NCBI GenBank assembly: GCA_964016885.1
Contig: OZ024744.1
Coordinates: forward strand, 40,176,001 to 40,240,000
Source: Eledone cirrhosa
Taxonomy: Eukaryota
Length of the DNA stretch: 64,000 nucleotides
Reading direction: 5' to 3'
The position numbers and the translations under genes are program-made. The number at the start of each line of letters is the position of its first letter. The first letter of the stretch is position 1. The notes under the pieces are model-generated. The model saw only the letters and a list, made by a program, of their open reading frames with translations, did not search any database and had not been told where the DNA came from. Below, piece by piece: positions 37,644 to 51,789 of the stretch.

Positions 37644-39320
37644 TCATCATCATCATCATCAACGTTTAACGTCCGTGTTCCCCGCTTGCATGGGTTTGGA
37701 CGGGGGTATTCCCACTTGAGGCAAGAGTGATTGTCTTGCTCGCATAGGACTGTCTGGCAGGTTTTCTACAGTTGGATGCCCTTCCTAACACCAACCACAT
37801 TTACAGTGTGGGTCTGGGAGGTTTTTACCGTGTTGCCTACACGGCCACATTACAGCGTGGACTGTGTGTTTTTTTTGTCGTGACACCTACACAATCTCAT
37901 TTGTTTCGGCCTGGATGTTGTGGCACCAACATAACTTTACATAGGAGGGGGTGGTGTGGATGGGGGTGTGGGTGGTGGGACGGGGGTGTATTTTGTTAGA
38001 GATGCCTACTGGCTGTAGTAGGTTTTACTATGTATTTAGGTAAGGCGGGTCTTCTCTATTACTGAGTACCGCCAAAGGTCTCGGTCCAGTGACATTGTCT
38101 TGGAGAGGTGTAAGTGTGTGAGGTCGGAGTTTATCAGCTCGTCCCAGGATTTTCTAGGTCTGCCTATTCCGTGGCTACCGTCTATCTTTATTGCCCTGCA
38201 CTTTGTTATACAGCTATCGACTTTCATGCGCATCACGTGTCCGTACCAACGTAGCCTTCTCTCGAGTAAACAACATCTGATCCCTCTTATTTCTAATTTT
38301 TTCCTTAGTTCGTTTATGCTTTGCCGTTCACGTATATTACTATTACACATCCAGCGGAGCATGCAAGCTTCGTTCCTCTCTAGTCTGCGTATATCCTCTG
38401 CGCACAATGGCCAGGTCTCACTGCCATGCAACATTGCTGTTCGTATGCAGGCATCATACAACCTGCCTTTCATTTTTAGGGAGAACCCTTTAGCGGCTAA
38501 TAGTGGTATAAGCTCTCTGAACTTTTTCCATCCAGTTCTGACTCTAGCTACTGTACTTTCAGAGCACCCTCCCCCACTGCTGATTTTGTCACCCAGGTAA
38601 CGGAAGCTGTCCACTATTTCTATAGAGCCCTCTGCGCAATTGAAAGAGTTAGTATTTTGTGGGCACTCGCTGCTACTTATTGCACCAGAGCACCGCCCAT
38701 ATGTAAAATCTAAGTTCTTAGTTAGCTTACCTGTGATCCCATTACATCTTTTATGCACCCATACTTTGCATTTGGGACATAAAATGGAGTTTCTACCTAC
38801 GCCTTTCCTACACACTGAGCATGGCCATTTCCCGGAAGGGACCACCGCCTTATTTTCTTTCCTACAAACTAGAACTTTAGTCTTAGCCAGGTTAATTTTA
38901 AGGCCTTTTGATTCTAGGCCGTGCTTCCATGTTTGGAATTTCTTCTCTAGCTCGGCCATTGATTCAGCTATGAGTGTCAGGTCGTCTGCGTATAGGAGTT
39001 CCCATGGGCAGCCGGTCTTGAACTCCTCTGTTATAGCCTGAAGGGCAATAATAAATAGTAGGGGGCTGAGAACAGAGCCCTGATGGACGCCAACTTTTAC
39101 GCTAAACTCTTCACTATATTCGTTGTTAATTCTAACCTTGCTGACTGTTTCTTTATACATGGCTTGTATAGCTCTCACAAGCCATTCGTCGACACCTAGT
39201 TTTCTAAGGGCCCACCAGATAATGGAACGGGGGACTTTGTCAAAGGCTTTCTCCAAGTCGACAAAAGCTAAGTAGAGGGGTTTACCTTTAGCTAGGTACT
39301 TCTCCTGTAGTTGACGTACA
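37644..39320 (-). mobile_element. young 5'-truncated RTE LINE
   Basis: Uninterrupted 406-aa ORF 38036-39256 (KAFD, HQGSVLSP, YADD, PHD finger); (cat)n tail. Confidence 0.96.
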
Positions 39321-39323
39321 ATG

Positions 39324-39377
<54 letters not shown>

Positions 39378-39577
39378 ATATTTGGGGAGGGTCATATTTG
39401 CGTAATATTGCCAGAATTAATAACAGAACACACTCACTGTTTGGTTGGTTTTCGCTTCTCGCTGTCTTTTATATATATATATCTGCGATCTAACTTACTC
39501 GGTCCTCAATGTTGCCATTGACTGACCGGCGGTCAAAAATAATACAGATACAATATAGACAAACTAATTCATCGCCG

Positions 39578-42020
<2,443 letters not shown>

Positions 42021-42042
42021 TCTCTCAATTCTCTCTCTCTCT

Positions 42043-42074
<32 letters not shown>

Positions 42075-42077
<3 letters not shown>

Positions 42078-42332
42078 AAGTTTTATTTAAATTGTTGGGT
42101 TAGAACGAGTAAATATTTATAACTGATATAAAAGCACTCAACAAGTATTTGGAGTATATTTACGATCTTAAAAATGGAAAGTATATTTATAAAACCATAT
42201 TTATTTCATTATATATATTTCAGGGATATCATATTAAAAATATGTTATGCCTTCTTCAGACAAAATACAGTATAAACAGTCTTATAAATAGATAGATTTG
42301 ACATACCTTTCAACTTCATCTTCCATTTAAAA

Positions 42333-42337
<5 letters not shown>
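42075..42337 (-). mobile_element. ~260-bp solo hammerhead-bearing element between two (TA)n tracts
   Basis: Unique AT-rich insert bounded by (TA)n at 42045-42074 and 42337-42366, with an intact hammerhead core; no ORF. Confidence 0.75.
42202..42267 (-). ncRNA. minimal type-I hammerhead ribozyme
   Basis: Minus strand: tattttgt-CTGAAGA-aggcataacatatt(ttt)aatatgatatccct-GAAA-tatata-TA-atgaaata; 8-bp stem I (two G-U), long stem II, stem III palindrome ATATATAT. Confidence 0.85.
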
Positions 42338-42365
<28 letters not shown>

Positions 42366-42367
<2 letters not shown>

Positions 42368-42765
42368 CTTAGTGGTTAGAGCATTGGCCTTGCAATCGAA
42401 AGGTTGTGAGTTCAATTCTCAGACCGGGTGATGTGTTGTTTCCTTGAGCAAGACACTTTATTTCACATTGCTCCAGTTTACTCAGCTGTAGACTGGGGTC
42501 CCTATCATTCCACCATTGATTTTTACAGCTGGTGCCCTTCCTCATTTACAGTGAGTGATGGGTGCCTTTTTGCCGTGGCACCTGCACGACCACTTTGCAG
42601 TGGAATGATAGGGACCCCAGTCCCTATCATCTCATTTCTACAGCTGAGTAAACTGGAGCAATGTGAAATAAAGTGTCTTGCTCAAGAAAACAACACATCA
42701 CCCGGTCTGAGAATTGAACTCACAACCTTTCGATTGCAAGGCCAATGCTCTGACCACTAAGCTCC
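42366..42765. mobile_element. inverted (fold-back) pair of the same tRNA-derived SINE
   Basis: 42366-~42512 (+) mirrors ~42600-42762 (-); (TA)n on both sides. Confidence 0.9.
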
Positions 42766-43464
42766 ATATATATATATGTGTATATATATATAGTACTTTA
42801 GTTTTTATATTGTTTACATTAATATTTGTATAATTCAAGAATACACTTACCCTGTGTCCATATTTCATATTTAACATGTGTGAAATGTATGTGAATGTGT
42901 GTGTATGTGTGTGTATACATGTGTGTAGCATACACACACCCACACACACATACATATATATATAGATATATATGTACATCTATGTATGCATTTATATATA
43001 TGTGTGTATGTGTATATATATATATATGAATTATTGACAATATTTTATTAAAATATCTTAGAGAAAAATTATTCAAATCATCACAACTCAGTTGTGTTTA
43101 CCAATTAGATGAATAAACTTTACTTTGAATTCAATCTAGAGTAAATGCGTGTGTTTGTGTGTGTGTGAGAATGAATATATAGACACATTGGCGATAATGG
43201 AAGATACTTTTAAGAACATAATTTTGAAATATGATACATCATCATCACAGTTTGACATCTATTTTCCATGCTTGCATGGTTTACATGGGTTGTCATATTT
43301 TGAGGCTTGGACTAGCCAAGTGCCAACCACTTAACAGTGTGTACTAGGAGCATAGTTTCTCCAGCTGGATGCCTTTCCTAACATCAACCACTTCATGTAC
43401 TGGGAACATTTTATCATAACCCAGACACTATCACGTTACAGGGTAGTCTGGGTGCTGCCAGCTC

Positions 43465-43756
43465 TAGGATAAGGGTAAAGACCCCCTTTGGTCACGAATA
43501 ACCATGGGGTTTGCACCTAGAAATTTCCCCTCCGAGGCACAAGTGTGGGCAATTTGTGGAAGACCAGCTGTCACCCATACACACCAGTCTCCCCTCTCCA
43601 CGCCACCAATGTTGTCCAAGGGAAAGGCAATGGCCGATACAGCTTGGCATATGTGATGTTGTTTCTCATTTCTACAGCTGAGTGAACTGGAGCAACATGA
43701 AATAAAGTCTTGCTCAAGAAAACAATGCAAAGCCTGGTCTGAGAATTGAACTCACA

Positions 43757-43762
<6 letters not shown>
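43465..43762 (-). mobile_element. SINE with the same head but a different body and tail
   Basis: Minus strand gtgagttcaattctcagacc...ttcttgagcaagac core; tail gtgaccaaaggggtctttaccctt. Confidence 0.75.
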
Positions 43763-43848
<86 letters not shown>

Positions 43849-43853
43849 ACACA

Positions 43854-44007
<154 letters not shown>

Positions 44008-45528
44008 CATCATCATCGTTTAACATCTGTTTTCACTGTTAGTAAGGGTTGGAAATGTCATCACAGACTACCCAGTACACAAACCTCTATGTAGGCCAGG
44101 GCCCTGACATACAATCCCACGTCCTACCATATGCAATTTTATTGCTAGGGAAGTTGTCATGTTTTTTTTTTGCATAGCTGAAGAGCCTTCCCAACTCTTT
44201 GTTTGACAAGTTTTCTATCGCTGGATGCCCTTCCATTCACCAGCCACTTTACATGAGTGTACTGGGTGATCATTTATCATGTAGATCACCAACACTAGGG
44301 AGCTTGTCTCATCTATGGCACAGCTGAGGGGGTCCTCTGAACCTTTTTAGCAAGTTTTCTATGGCTGGATGCCCTTTTTATCACCAACCACTTTACAGAG
44401 TGTACTGGATGTATTTGTCATGCCACTGGCACTAGAGAGGTGGTTGTCATTAATTCAGCCAAAGAGCCCTCTCTACCTTACAATGTGGGGGTTGGCTGTA
44501 TGCCATGGGTGGTGTCAAGTATCGAGGTCTTTGACTGGGTGAGGGATGGTGGATGGGAGGGAGAGAATTTTGATTGTGTGGAAGGTACTGTGGTGACAAT
44601 AGCTACTTGGGGTGGGTGTGTGGTTGATCTAGCAACTCATATTAGACAATTTTAGGTTTTCAGTGGTATGCGCAAGAAAAACTTCATCTGGAACTCCGCC
44701 ACAGTGATACACCCAAAGCTAGTTGCTGTATGGAAATTGTGAAATGAAATATGGAACAAGCAAACAAAAAACACCCAACAATGAAAGAAAAACAGTTAAT
44801 GTTTAAATAACTGTGGGTACAACGTAGGCAGTACAGAAAAAAACAGACAGGAAAAACTTTTTTTAAATGTTTAATATAACTAAGAGTTACCTGGAGTGAG
44901 CATTGTTAGAGGTGACAGCTAATAAATTGTAACTATACCTGTAAGGTGGTTATGCTGGAGCCACAATAACATTCTCCCAGTACATTCTATAAGGTGGTAC
45001 AATTGGTGTTATGATAAAATGCTTCCAGTATCAACAATAGAAAGATCAATAGAAATATTGTTTCGTTGGTTCGATCCAATGTTTGGTTCCTCTCTTTTCC
45101 TTTCCCTTTTGTTTTTCTAATACAGTTGATTTGAAATTGATGATATTATAAAACAGGCAATTCACCTAGAACACAGGTTCTCAACCCATTTAGGCCAAAC
45201 GCCTCTTTTTGTCCCCCGAAATCATGAAACACCCCCTACCCTATTTTTCCATTTTTCAATATACTACTGATTTTGATATCAGTAGATTACTAAAAAATTG
45301 ATTAACAATATTCCAAAGATACCATTGCAGGCAGCTGAGAGTATAAATACATTCCTTGAAAGGAAATATATAAATTTCCAAAAAGGGACATAAATGTGCT
45401 TTTTTATGAATAAGGACCAGTTGAATTTGTTATATTCCCACCAGACGATACCAGCTATTTTGAACATTTATACAAGAGCAACTCTGTCTATCCCAAGAGT
45501 GTTCTTATCTGGAAGAAAGTGGCAATTA

Positions 45529-46428
45529 CGAGGTGGGTCAGAAAAGTTCCAGGCCTGATGTCACAAAAGATTCATTTCAAACCCAAACTTCACACTAAGA
45601 GTTTTCTCCTTCAATGTAATTCCCCTGGAGTCTAATGCACTTTTCTATCCTTTTCTGCCATGCTTTCATGCACTCCTGGAAGGATTCTTCCGGGATCCTC
45701 TGCAGTTCCATCATCACGGCCTTTTCGATGTCGTCCACGTCTTCAAAACGGGTCCCCTCCGGGTCGTACTCGAAGATCCATGACGATTACTGGTGATGAC
45801 TGCCCCCTAGCAAGCAAGGCTGGTTCAGTTTCAAGACGCTCGAGGATGTCCTGGCACACTTGCATGCGTCGACCCTTCTGGTCATCGTTCAGCAGTTTTG
45901 GCACCATCTTCGCGCAGACTTTCTGCATGTCCAAATCTTCAGTGAGAATCTTCCAGACGCTGTCCCAATTCATGCCCAGCTCATTTGCCATCAGTCGAAC
46001 AGTCAGCCGATGATCATTACGCACTATCTGCCTGACGCGCTCAACATTGACCTCAGTCCTGGTTGTTGAGGGCCTTCCACTCCTGGGGTCATCTTCCACG
46101 TCCTCGCATCCTTCTTTAAACCTCTTGCACCACTCAAAAACACATGAGCGTGACATCGTCTCATCTCCATGCACTTGCTGCAGCAATCCCAGTGCTTCTG
46201 ACGGAGTTTTCAAGTTTGTTCGTTGCTCTGTGCTCATTGCTTGACGACCTGAAACAGAAGACATGTATATGAAATTATGAAGAAAAAAGTTTGATCGCTG
46301 CAGAGAGCTAAGATTATAGTTACATACTCCAGGGGGATTACTTTGAAGGAGAAAACTCTTAATGTGAAGTTTGGGTTTGAAATAAATCTTTTGTGACATC
46401 AGTCCTGGAACTTTTCTGACACACCTCG
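45529..46428 (-). mobile_element. internally deleted mariner transposon nested in the hAT element
   Basis: TA TSD (45527-45528 and 46429-46430); ~103-bp inverted ends; HTH region DDPRSGRP and KVCAKMVPKLL; YDPE is joined to GTRFEDVD...YIEGENS*, so most of the DD34D domain is lost. Confidence 0.95.
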
Positions 46429-47764
46429 TATATCATTTCAAAACTTTCCAATTTTCCCTTTAATGAAACAGACAAAATAAATGTTGATATCTAACTTGTT
46501 GTCTCCTCTGTCTTGAGGTCATCTCTGTTTTGTGAGCTTAGAGGGTTTTTATGACCATGCGGGAGGGTATATTTATTAGTAAATTGTAAAATATATACAA
46601 CAAATGAGTAAGTGAATTGTAGTAGATGGTTTCCAGTACAGTCAGACTGCAACTACAAATAAAAATAATTGTTAGTTTGCTTTGTAACAATAACATATCC
46701 AAGTTTTCGGATAAATCACCTTACTTTAATTTTGACCTCATTTCAATGGGACCCTTGAACTTTATGGAGTCTAGCTAACTCTTTGACGTGAGGCTGAATT
46801 TTCGTAAGATGTAGACGGAGATCTCCACATGTAATTACATTGTAGCGGTTGCGAGCCTTACTGTGCAGTCTGGAAACAGCACCAAACCTCCTCTTGACTA
46901 AGTATGAGTTTGGAAAAGGCAGAGCAAATCTCTTAGCCTCTGCATGTAGGTGTGGATATCGACGCTGAATTTCCTTTGCATCCAAAAAAGGGGTTCACCT
47001 ATTTTGGGAAATTTAATTTTGATCATGTCACCTGCTTGAAGCTCAATGAATTCTTCCTGAAATATAACGTCCAAATCATCGACGTTAGCTATGAAGGGAT
47101 CTGCTACCCACATTGGGATGTCCATCGGCAAAAGGTCGACAAACCGTTCTCTCATGTTGTTTTGTAGCGCACTGAGGTGAGTGGTATAAATTTGGAGTTG
47201 GTCATCGCTTACAATGTTTTGAACATTGGCGACACTAGGAAAATTATAGAATTCCCGTCAACAAAGATTCCTTTCGATGACATTCAATTTGGTCAGGAAT
47301 GTTTTCATAGCATTCCTTGCTTTAAGCAAGGTGATTTTCCCCTGCAAAGCCAAAATGACGCTATTGCATTTGTATCAAGGGTTTTTTTTACAGTTCTGTG
47401 TTGTGTCCTTACAGAAACTCAATGATAGAGTCGAAGAGTTCAAAGAAGTGAGTAAGGCACTTGCTCTTTGAAAGCCACCTCAGTTCATTATGAAGGAGCA
47501 ACTTGACAAATTCTTCGTCATTATCTTGGCACAGTTGCTGGAAAATTCGCTCATTGAGGGAATGTCATTTGATAAAATTGATGACATCAATGGCCACCTG
47601 CAAGGACTTGCTCAGCGGCTTGTTGAGTTTCTTCGCAGCCAAGTGTTGTCGATGAATGACACAATGAACAGCAAATACAGATAGATTTTCTCTCTTCAGA
47701 AGAGTGACGAAACCCTTATGTTGGCCGACCTTTGCTTTTGCATCGTCCATAGCACATGATACAA

Positions 47765-48528
47765 TGTGTGTTGTATTTGGTCCTAGATGTGTGTATTACC
47801 TGCCTGTGTGTTGTATGTAGTCCTAGATGTATGTATTACCGGCTTATGTATTGCATGTGGTCCCAGCTGTATGTATTACCTGCTTGTGTGTTGTATGTGG
47901 TCCTAGATGTATGTATTACCTGATTATGTGTTGTATGTGGTCCTACATGTGTATTACCTGCTTATGTGTTGTATGTGGTCCTAGATGTATGTATTACCTG
48001 ATTATGTGTTGTATGTGGTCCTAGATGTGTGTATTACCTCCTTATGTGTTGTATGTGGTCCTAGATGTGTGTGCTACCCCCTTATGTGTTGTATGTGGTC
48101 CTAGATGTATATATTACCTGCTTATGTGTTGCATGTGGTCCTAGATGTGTGTGCTACTCCCTTATGTGTTGTATATGGTCCTAGATGTATGTATTACCTG
48201 CTTATGTGTTGTATGTAGTCCTAGATGTGTGTATTACCTGCGTATGTGTTGTATGTGGTCCTAGATGTGTGTATTATCTGATTATGTGTTGTATGTGGTC
48301 CTAGATGTGTGTATTACCTGCTTATGTGTTGTATGTGGTCCTAGATGTGTGTATTACCTGCGTATGTGTTGTATGTGGTCCTAGATGTGTGTATTATCTG
48401 ATTATGTGTTGTATGTGGTCCTAGATGTGTGTATTACCTGCTTATGTGTTGTATGTGGTCCTAGATGTGTGTATTACCTGCTTATGTGTTGTATGTGGTC
48501 CTAGATGTGTGTGCTACCCGGTTCTGTG
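47765..48528. repeat. 40-bp minisatellite, ~19 copies
   Basis: Unit tgtgttgtatgtggtcctagatgt(g/a)tgtattacctgctta. Confidence 0.97.
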
Positions 48529-49419
48529 TTTTTTCTTTTCTTTTTTTATAATTGTAATATTATTTATACAATAGGGAATAAAATAGATCTAGATAGTGTT
48601 AACTTGTTACGGTTGAGTCAATAATTTCAGACATGAAATACATTGTTATTGGTGAAGGAAAGATAAGATTTAACTGGCTGCACTCAAAGTGTCCTTGACC
48701 CAGTTGACTGGGTTTTTCCATTGTTAAGATCTCAATTGCCGGTTAATGTCTAGACACGCCTGCTCACAGCTGCAGTCAGACCATAGTTATGCTGTCTGCA
48801 CGCTCATTCAAATGCATTCACATTGGCTGTCTCAAAGACACAAATATGGCTTATAAAACTTACCAAAGTAAAGAGCCTTCCAGTGCCCCCTAGTGTCCTC
48901 CAAAGCTCCAAACGCCCCCTAAACGCCCCCTTGTTATCAAACGCCCCCTGGACTTCAAAAACGCCCCCGGAGTCTATATGACCCCCCCCCCCCATTCAGA
49001 ACCTTCGACCTAGAACATTCTCATGTAACACACGAATAAGAGCCTTGTTGACATTACTTTTGTTAAATGTATTAAGGATTGGATGCAACTGGTGAATTAC
49101 ATAGGGGAGTAAGGAGACCAATAAATCTACATCTATGGTTACTGCAGAAAGAAGGGGACATAAGTTGTTGGAGAAGGGAATTGATAATGACTGTTTCCAT
49201 AACATTTGAAAGTGCATGGCTTAGTGGTTAGGTACTTTGGCTCATGATTGTAAGGTCATGAGTTCAATTCCTAGTGATGTGTTGCATCATTGAACTAAAT
49301 ACTTTATTTTATGTTGCCCCAGTTCACTCCACTAGCAAAAATGAGTTGTACCTGTAATTCAAAGAGCACATACTTTGTCACAGTCAATCTCCCTGAGAAC
49401 TATGTTAAGCGTGCATTTG

Positions 49420-49860
49420 ACAGAATTATCAAGCTCAGAATAGACATAGGCAATAGAATGACATGGTGACGTCAATGGATATGTTTGGCCACAACAGGCT
49501 GGTTACTTTAGATGTCACTGTGGCTATGGATACAGTATAGGAAACAGTGAGGCATCAAAGTTCCTTGAATTTAGTGATGCAAATGACCTATTTGCAATTT
49601 AGGAAGCTGGCAAACCACTTAATCACCTACCAATTGATTGAAACCAATTGATTGAAACCAGATTGATTTCGGGCTCAGTAGAAAATTGGATAGACAGATG
49701 GTTATGAAACCAAGTTTTTACCTGGAGAAGAATGCACCATTCAACATAAACTATGACATTTAGGAAAAGGAAGATATGGAAACTAAAGGAGCTCTCTGTT
49801 AAATATAATTAAAAAAATCTCTAGAGGGATGAGGATATAGATACTTATCATATAGAAAAC
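49420..49860 (+). mobile_element. degraded RTE APE remnant between SINE heads (49217-49410 and 49880-50000)
   Basis: Residual GYGY...FLEFSDANDL and ECTIQHKL-like segments. Confidence 0.55.
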
Positions 49861-50121
49861 AATTGGAAGCTTTTAAGTGAAGGCACATGGCTTAGTGGTT
49901 AGAGAATTGGATTCACAATCATGAGGTTGCGAGGTCGATTTCCAGACCGGGCAATGCATTATGTCCTTGACTAAGAGACTTTAATTCACATTGCTCTTTC
50001 TGTCAGGCATTGCAATTGGTATATGGTATCAGCAATGGAAAGACCAATGGAAACATTGTTTCCTTAGTCCAATTTGATAAGATCCACCCCACTCTGTAAG
50101 TATATGAGGTCTGGAACCTTG

Positions 50122-50525
50122 TCATCATCATCATCCTCATCATCATTTTACGTCCGCTTTTCGCTGCTTGCAAGGGTGGGACGGGTCCTATTCAACACAG
50201 CATGTCTCCACTTGTCATGGTCCTTCGACATCTCTGTGAGCTTCAGCAATCTGAGGTCTGCTCGCACCAACTCCGCCCATGTTTTTTGTGGTTTTCCTCT
50301 ACCGCATCTTCCTTCTACTGGGATTTCTTGGCACTTCGTTACCCAGCGGTCATCCTGCATGTGCATCAGATGTCCATACCATCGCAGTCTTCTCTCCCGC
50401 ACACCACAACTTATCCCTCTTATACACAGTTTCTCTCTCAGCTCATCTAGGCTTGGTCATTCACGCACATTGACATTGTACATCCAACGGAGCATGCTTG
50501 CTTCATTTCTCTCCAGCCGTCGCAT
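50122..50525 (-). mobile_element. RTE 3' fragment
   Basis: ORF 50148-50402 RERRLRWYGH...GRGKPQKTW; (cat)n tail. Confidence 0.88.
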
Positions 50526-50834
50526 AATTGATAAAAAATGTGACAACTTGGTGCAGGCTACAGACAATTTATGTCAACCAGAACAAAGGTGAGCTGATGG
50601 TGGAATAATACGGTAAACAGAGTCAATAAAGATAAGAGTCAGGTATGGAAAGATAGAAAAATGGGAGCAACAATGATGGAAAAAGTTTAAGAAGCTATTC
50701 CTACTTGGAAAAATATATATATGTGATGACATATATATATCCTTATCAAGACAAGTTGTCCTGTTTACATATATATATATGTGTGTGTGTGTATATAAAT
50801 ATATATAAATATCATCATCATCATTTCATCATTT

Positions 50835-51160
50835 CATTTTTACGTCCACTTTTCCCTGCTTGCAAGGGTGGGATGGGAACTGATTCTGGCTTGATTTCTA
50901 CAGCTGGATGCCCTTCCTAACACCAACCTCATTTACAGTGAGTGCTGGGTGCTTTTTTGCCGTGGCACCTCCACGACCACTTTGCAGTGAAATGATAGGG
51001 ACCCCAGTCCCTATCATCTCGTTTCTACAGCTGAGTAAACTGCAGCAATGTGAAATAAAGTGTCTTGCTCAAGGAAAAAACACATCACCCGGTCTGAGAA
51101 TTGAACTCACAGCCTTTCGATTGCAAGGCCAATGCTCTGACCACTAAGCCATGTGCCTCC
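50835..51160 (-). mobile_element. full-length tRNA-derived SINE with RTE tail
   Basis: Near-identical to 31535-31908. Confidence 0.9.
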
Positions 51161-51206
51161 ATATATATATAATATAAAATCAAAAGATGGTTAAAAGAGT
51201 TCCATG

Positions 51207-51277
51207 TATTTTATTATGCGCATTTCAAAAACAAATATCATCATGGGATGACATTTGCGTTCTCATCAGATAAAATA
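51207..51277 (-). ncRNA. minimal type-I hammerhead ribozyme (best example in the window)
   Basis: Minus strand: tattttat-CTGATGA-gaac-gcaaatgtcatc(ccat)gatgatatttgt-tttt-GAAA-tgcgca-TA-ataaaata; perfect 8-bp stem I, 12-bp stem II, stem III palindrome ATGCGCAT. Confidence 0.92.
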
Positions 51278-51503
51278 GGGAGACATGATATGAAGCTTAA
51301 AAAACACTTGCGAGCAGTGAAGTGTTAAATCAACATATGAAAAATAAAATAAGATGGATATATGAGATTGGAAAAAAGGAAAGGAAGGGGGAAAGAAAAG
51401 GTAAGGAAGAGGGAGAAAGAATATAGATAGAAGAAAAAAAATATAATAATAAGGATGATGGAGGAGGAGTATAAGAAGGAAGGATGAGAGAGGAGGAGAA
51501 AAT

Positions 51504-51540
<37 letters not shown>

Positions 51541-51789
51541 TTTAATACTGAGAAACACTGTCTCACAGAGAAAAATAATAAAAAAAACCGTTGTAAGATA
51601 ATACATAATTTAAAAAAATTCAAGAAATTAAATGTTAATGAGGTTTATGAATGATGATGCTTATGATTAAAGAAAAAGGAATTAAGAATACTATTTATTT
51701 AAGGTTTATATATTGAAGGGTTTAATAAGATGTGCGAAAAGGAATTTATTAAAATGTATTATTAAAATAAAATTTATTTAAGCACCATA

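Larger units (their letters stand above)
45172..49007 (-). mobile_element. hAT (Charlie/Buster-type) DNA transposon with a decayed transposase
   Basis: 8-bp TSD acctagaa at 45164-45171 and 49008-49015; imperfect TIRs cacaggttctcaa / cgaaggttctgaa; transposase fragments 46743-47760 (HCVIHRQHLAAK, VRWL, LPFPNSYLVxRxF, GDLRLHLTKIQP). Confidence 0.92.

Noticed and set aside
39363-39590. (TA)n-flanked element sharing the 12.9/32.1-kb terminus
   Set aside because: Has small hairpins but no recognisable hammerhead core, so it was not counted as a ribozyme.
42366-42430. tRNA gene-like sequence (also 31850-31908 and 51095-51160)
   Set aside because: A and B boxes run into a SINE core and LINE tail with no complete cloverleaf: SINE heads.
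47765-48528. Regular 40-bp array resembling CRISPR
   Set aside because: Head-to-tail units with no unique spacers, no cas genes, and a eukaryotic context: a minisatellite.
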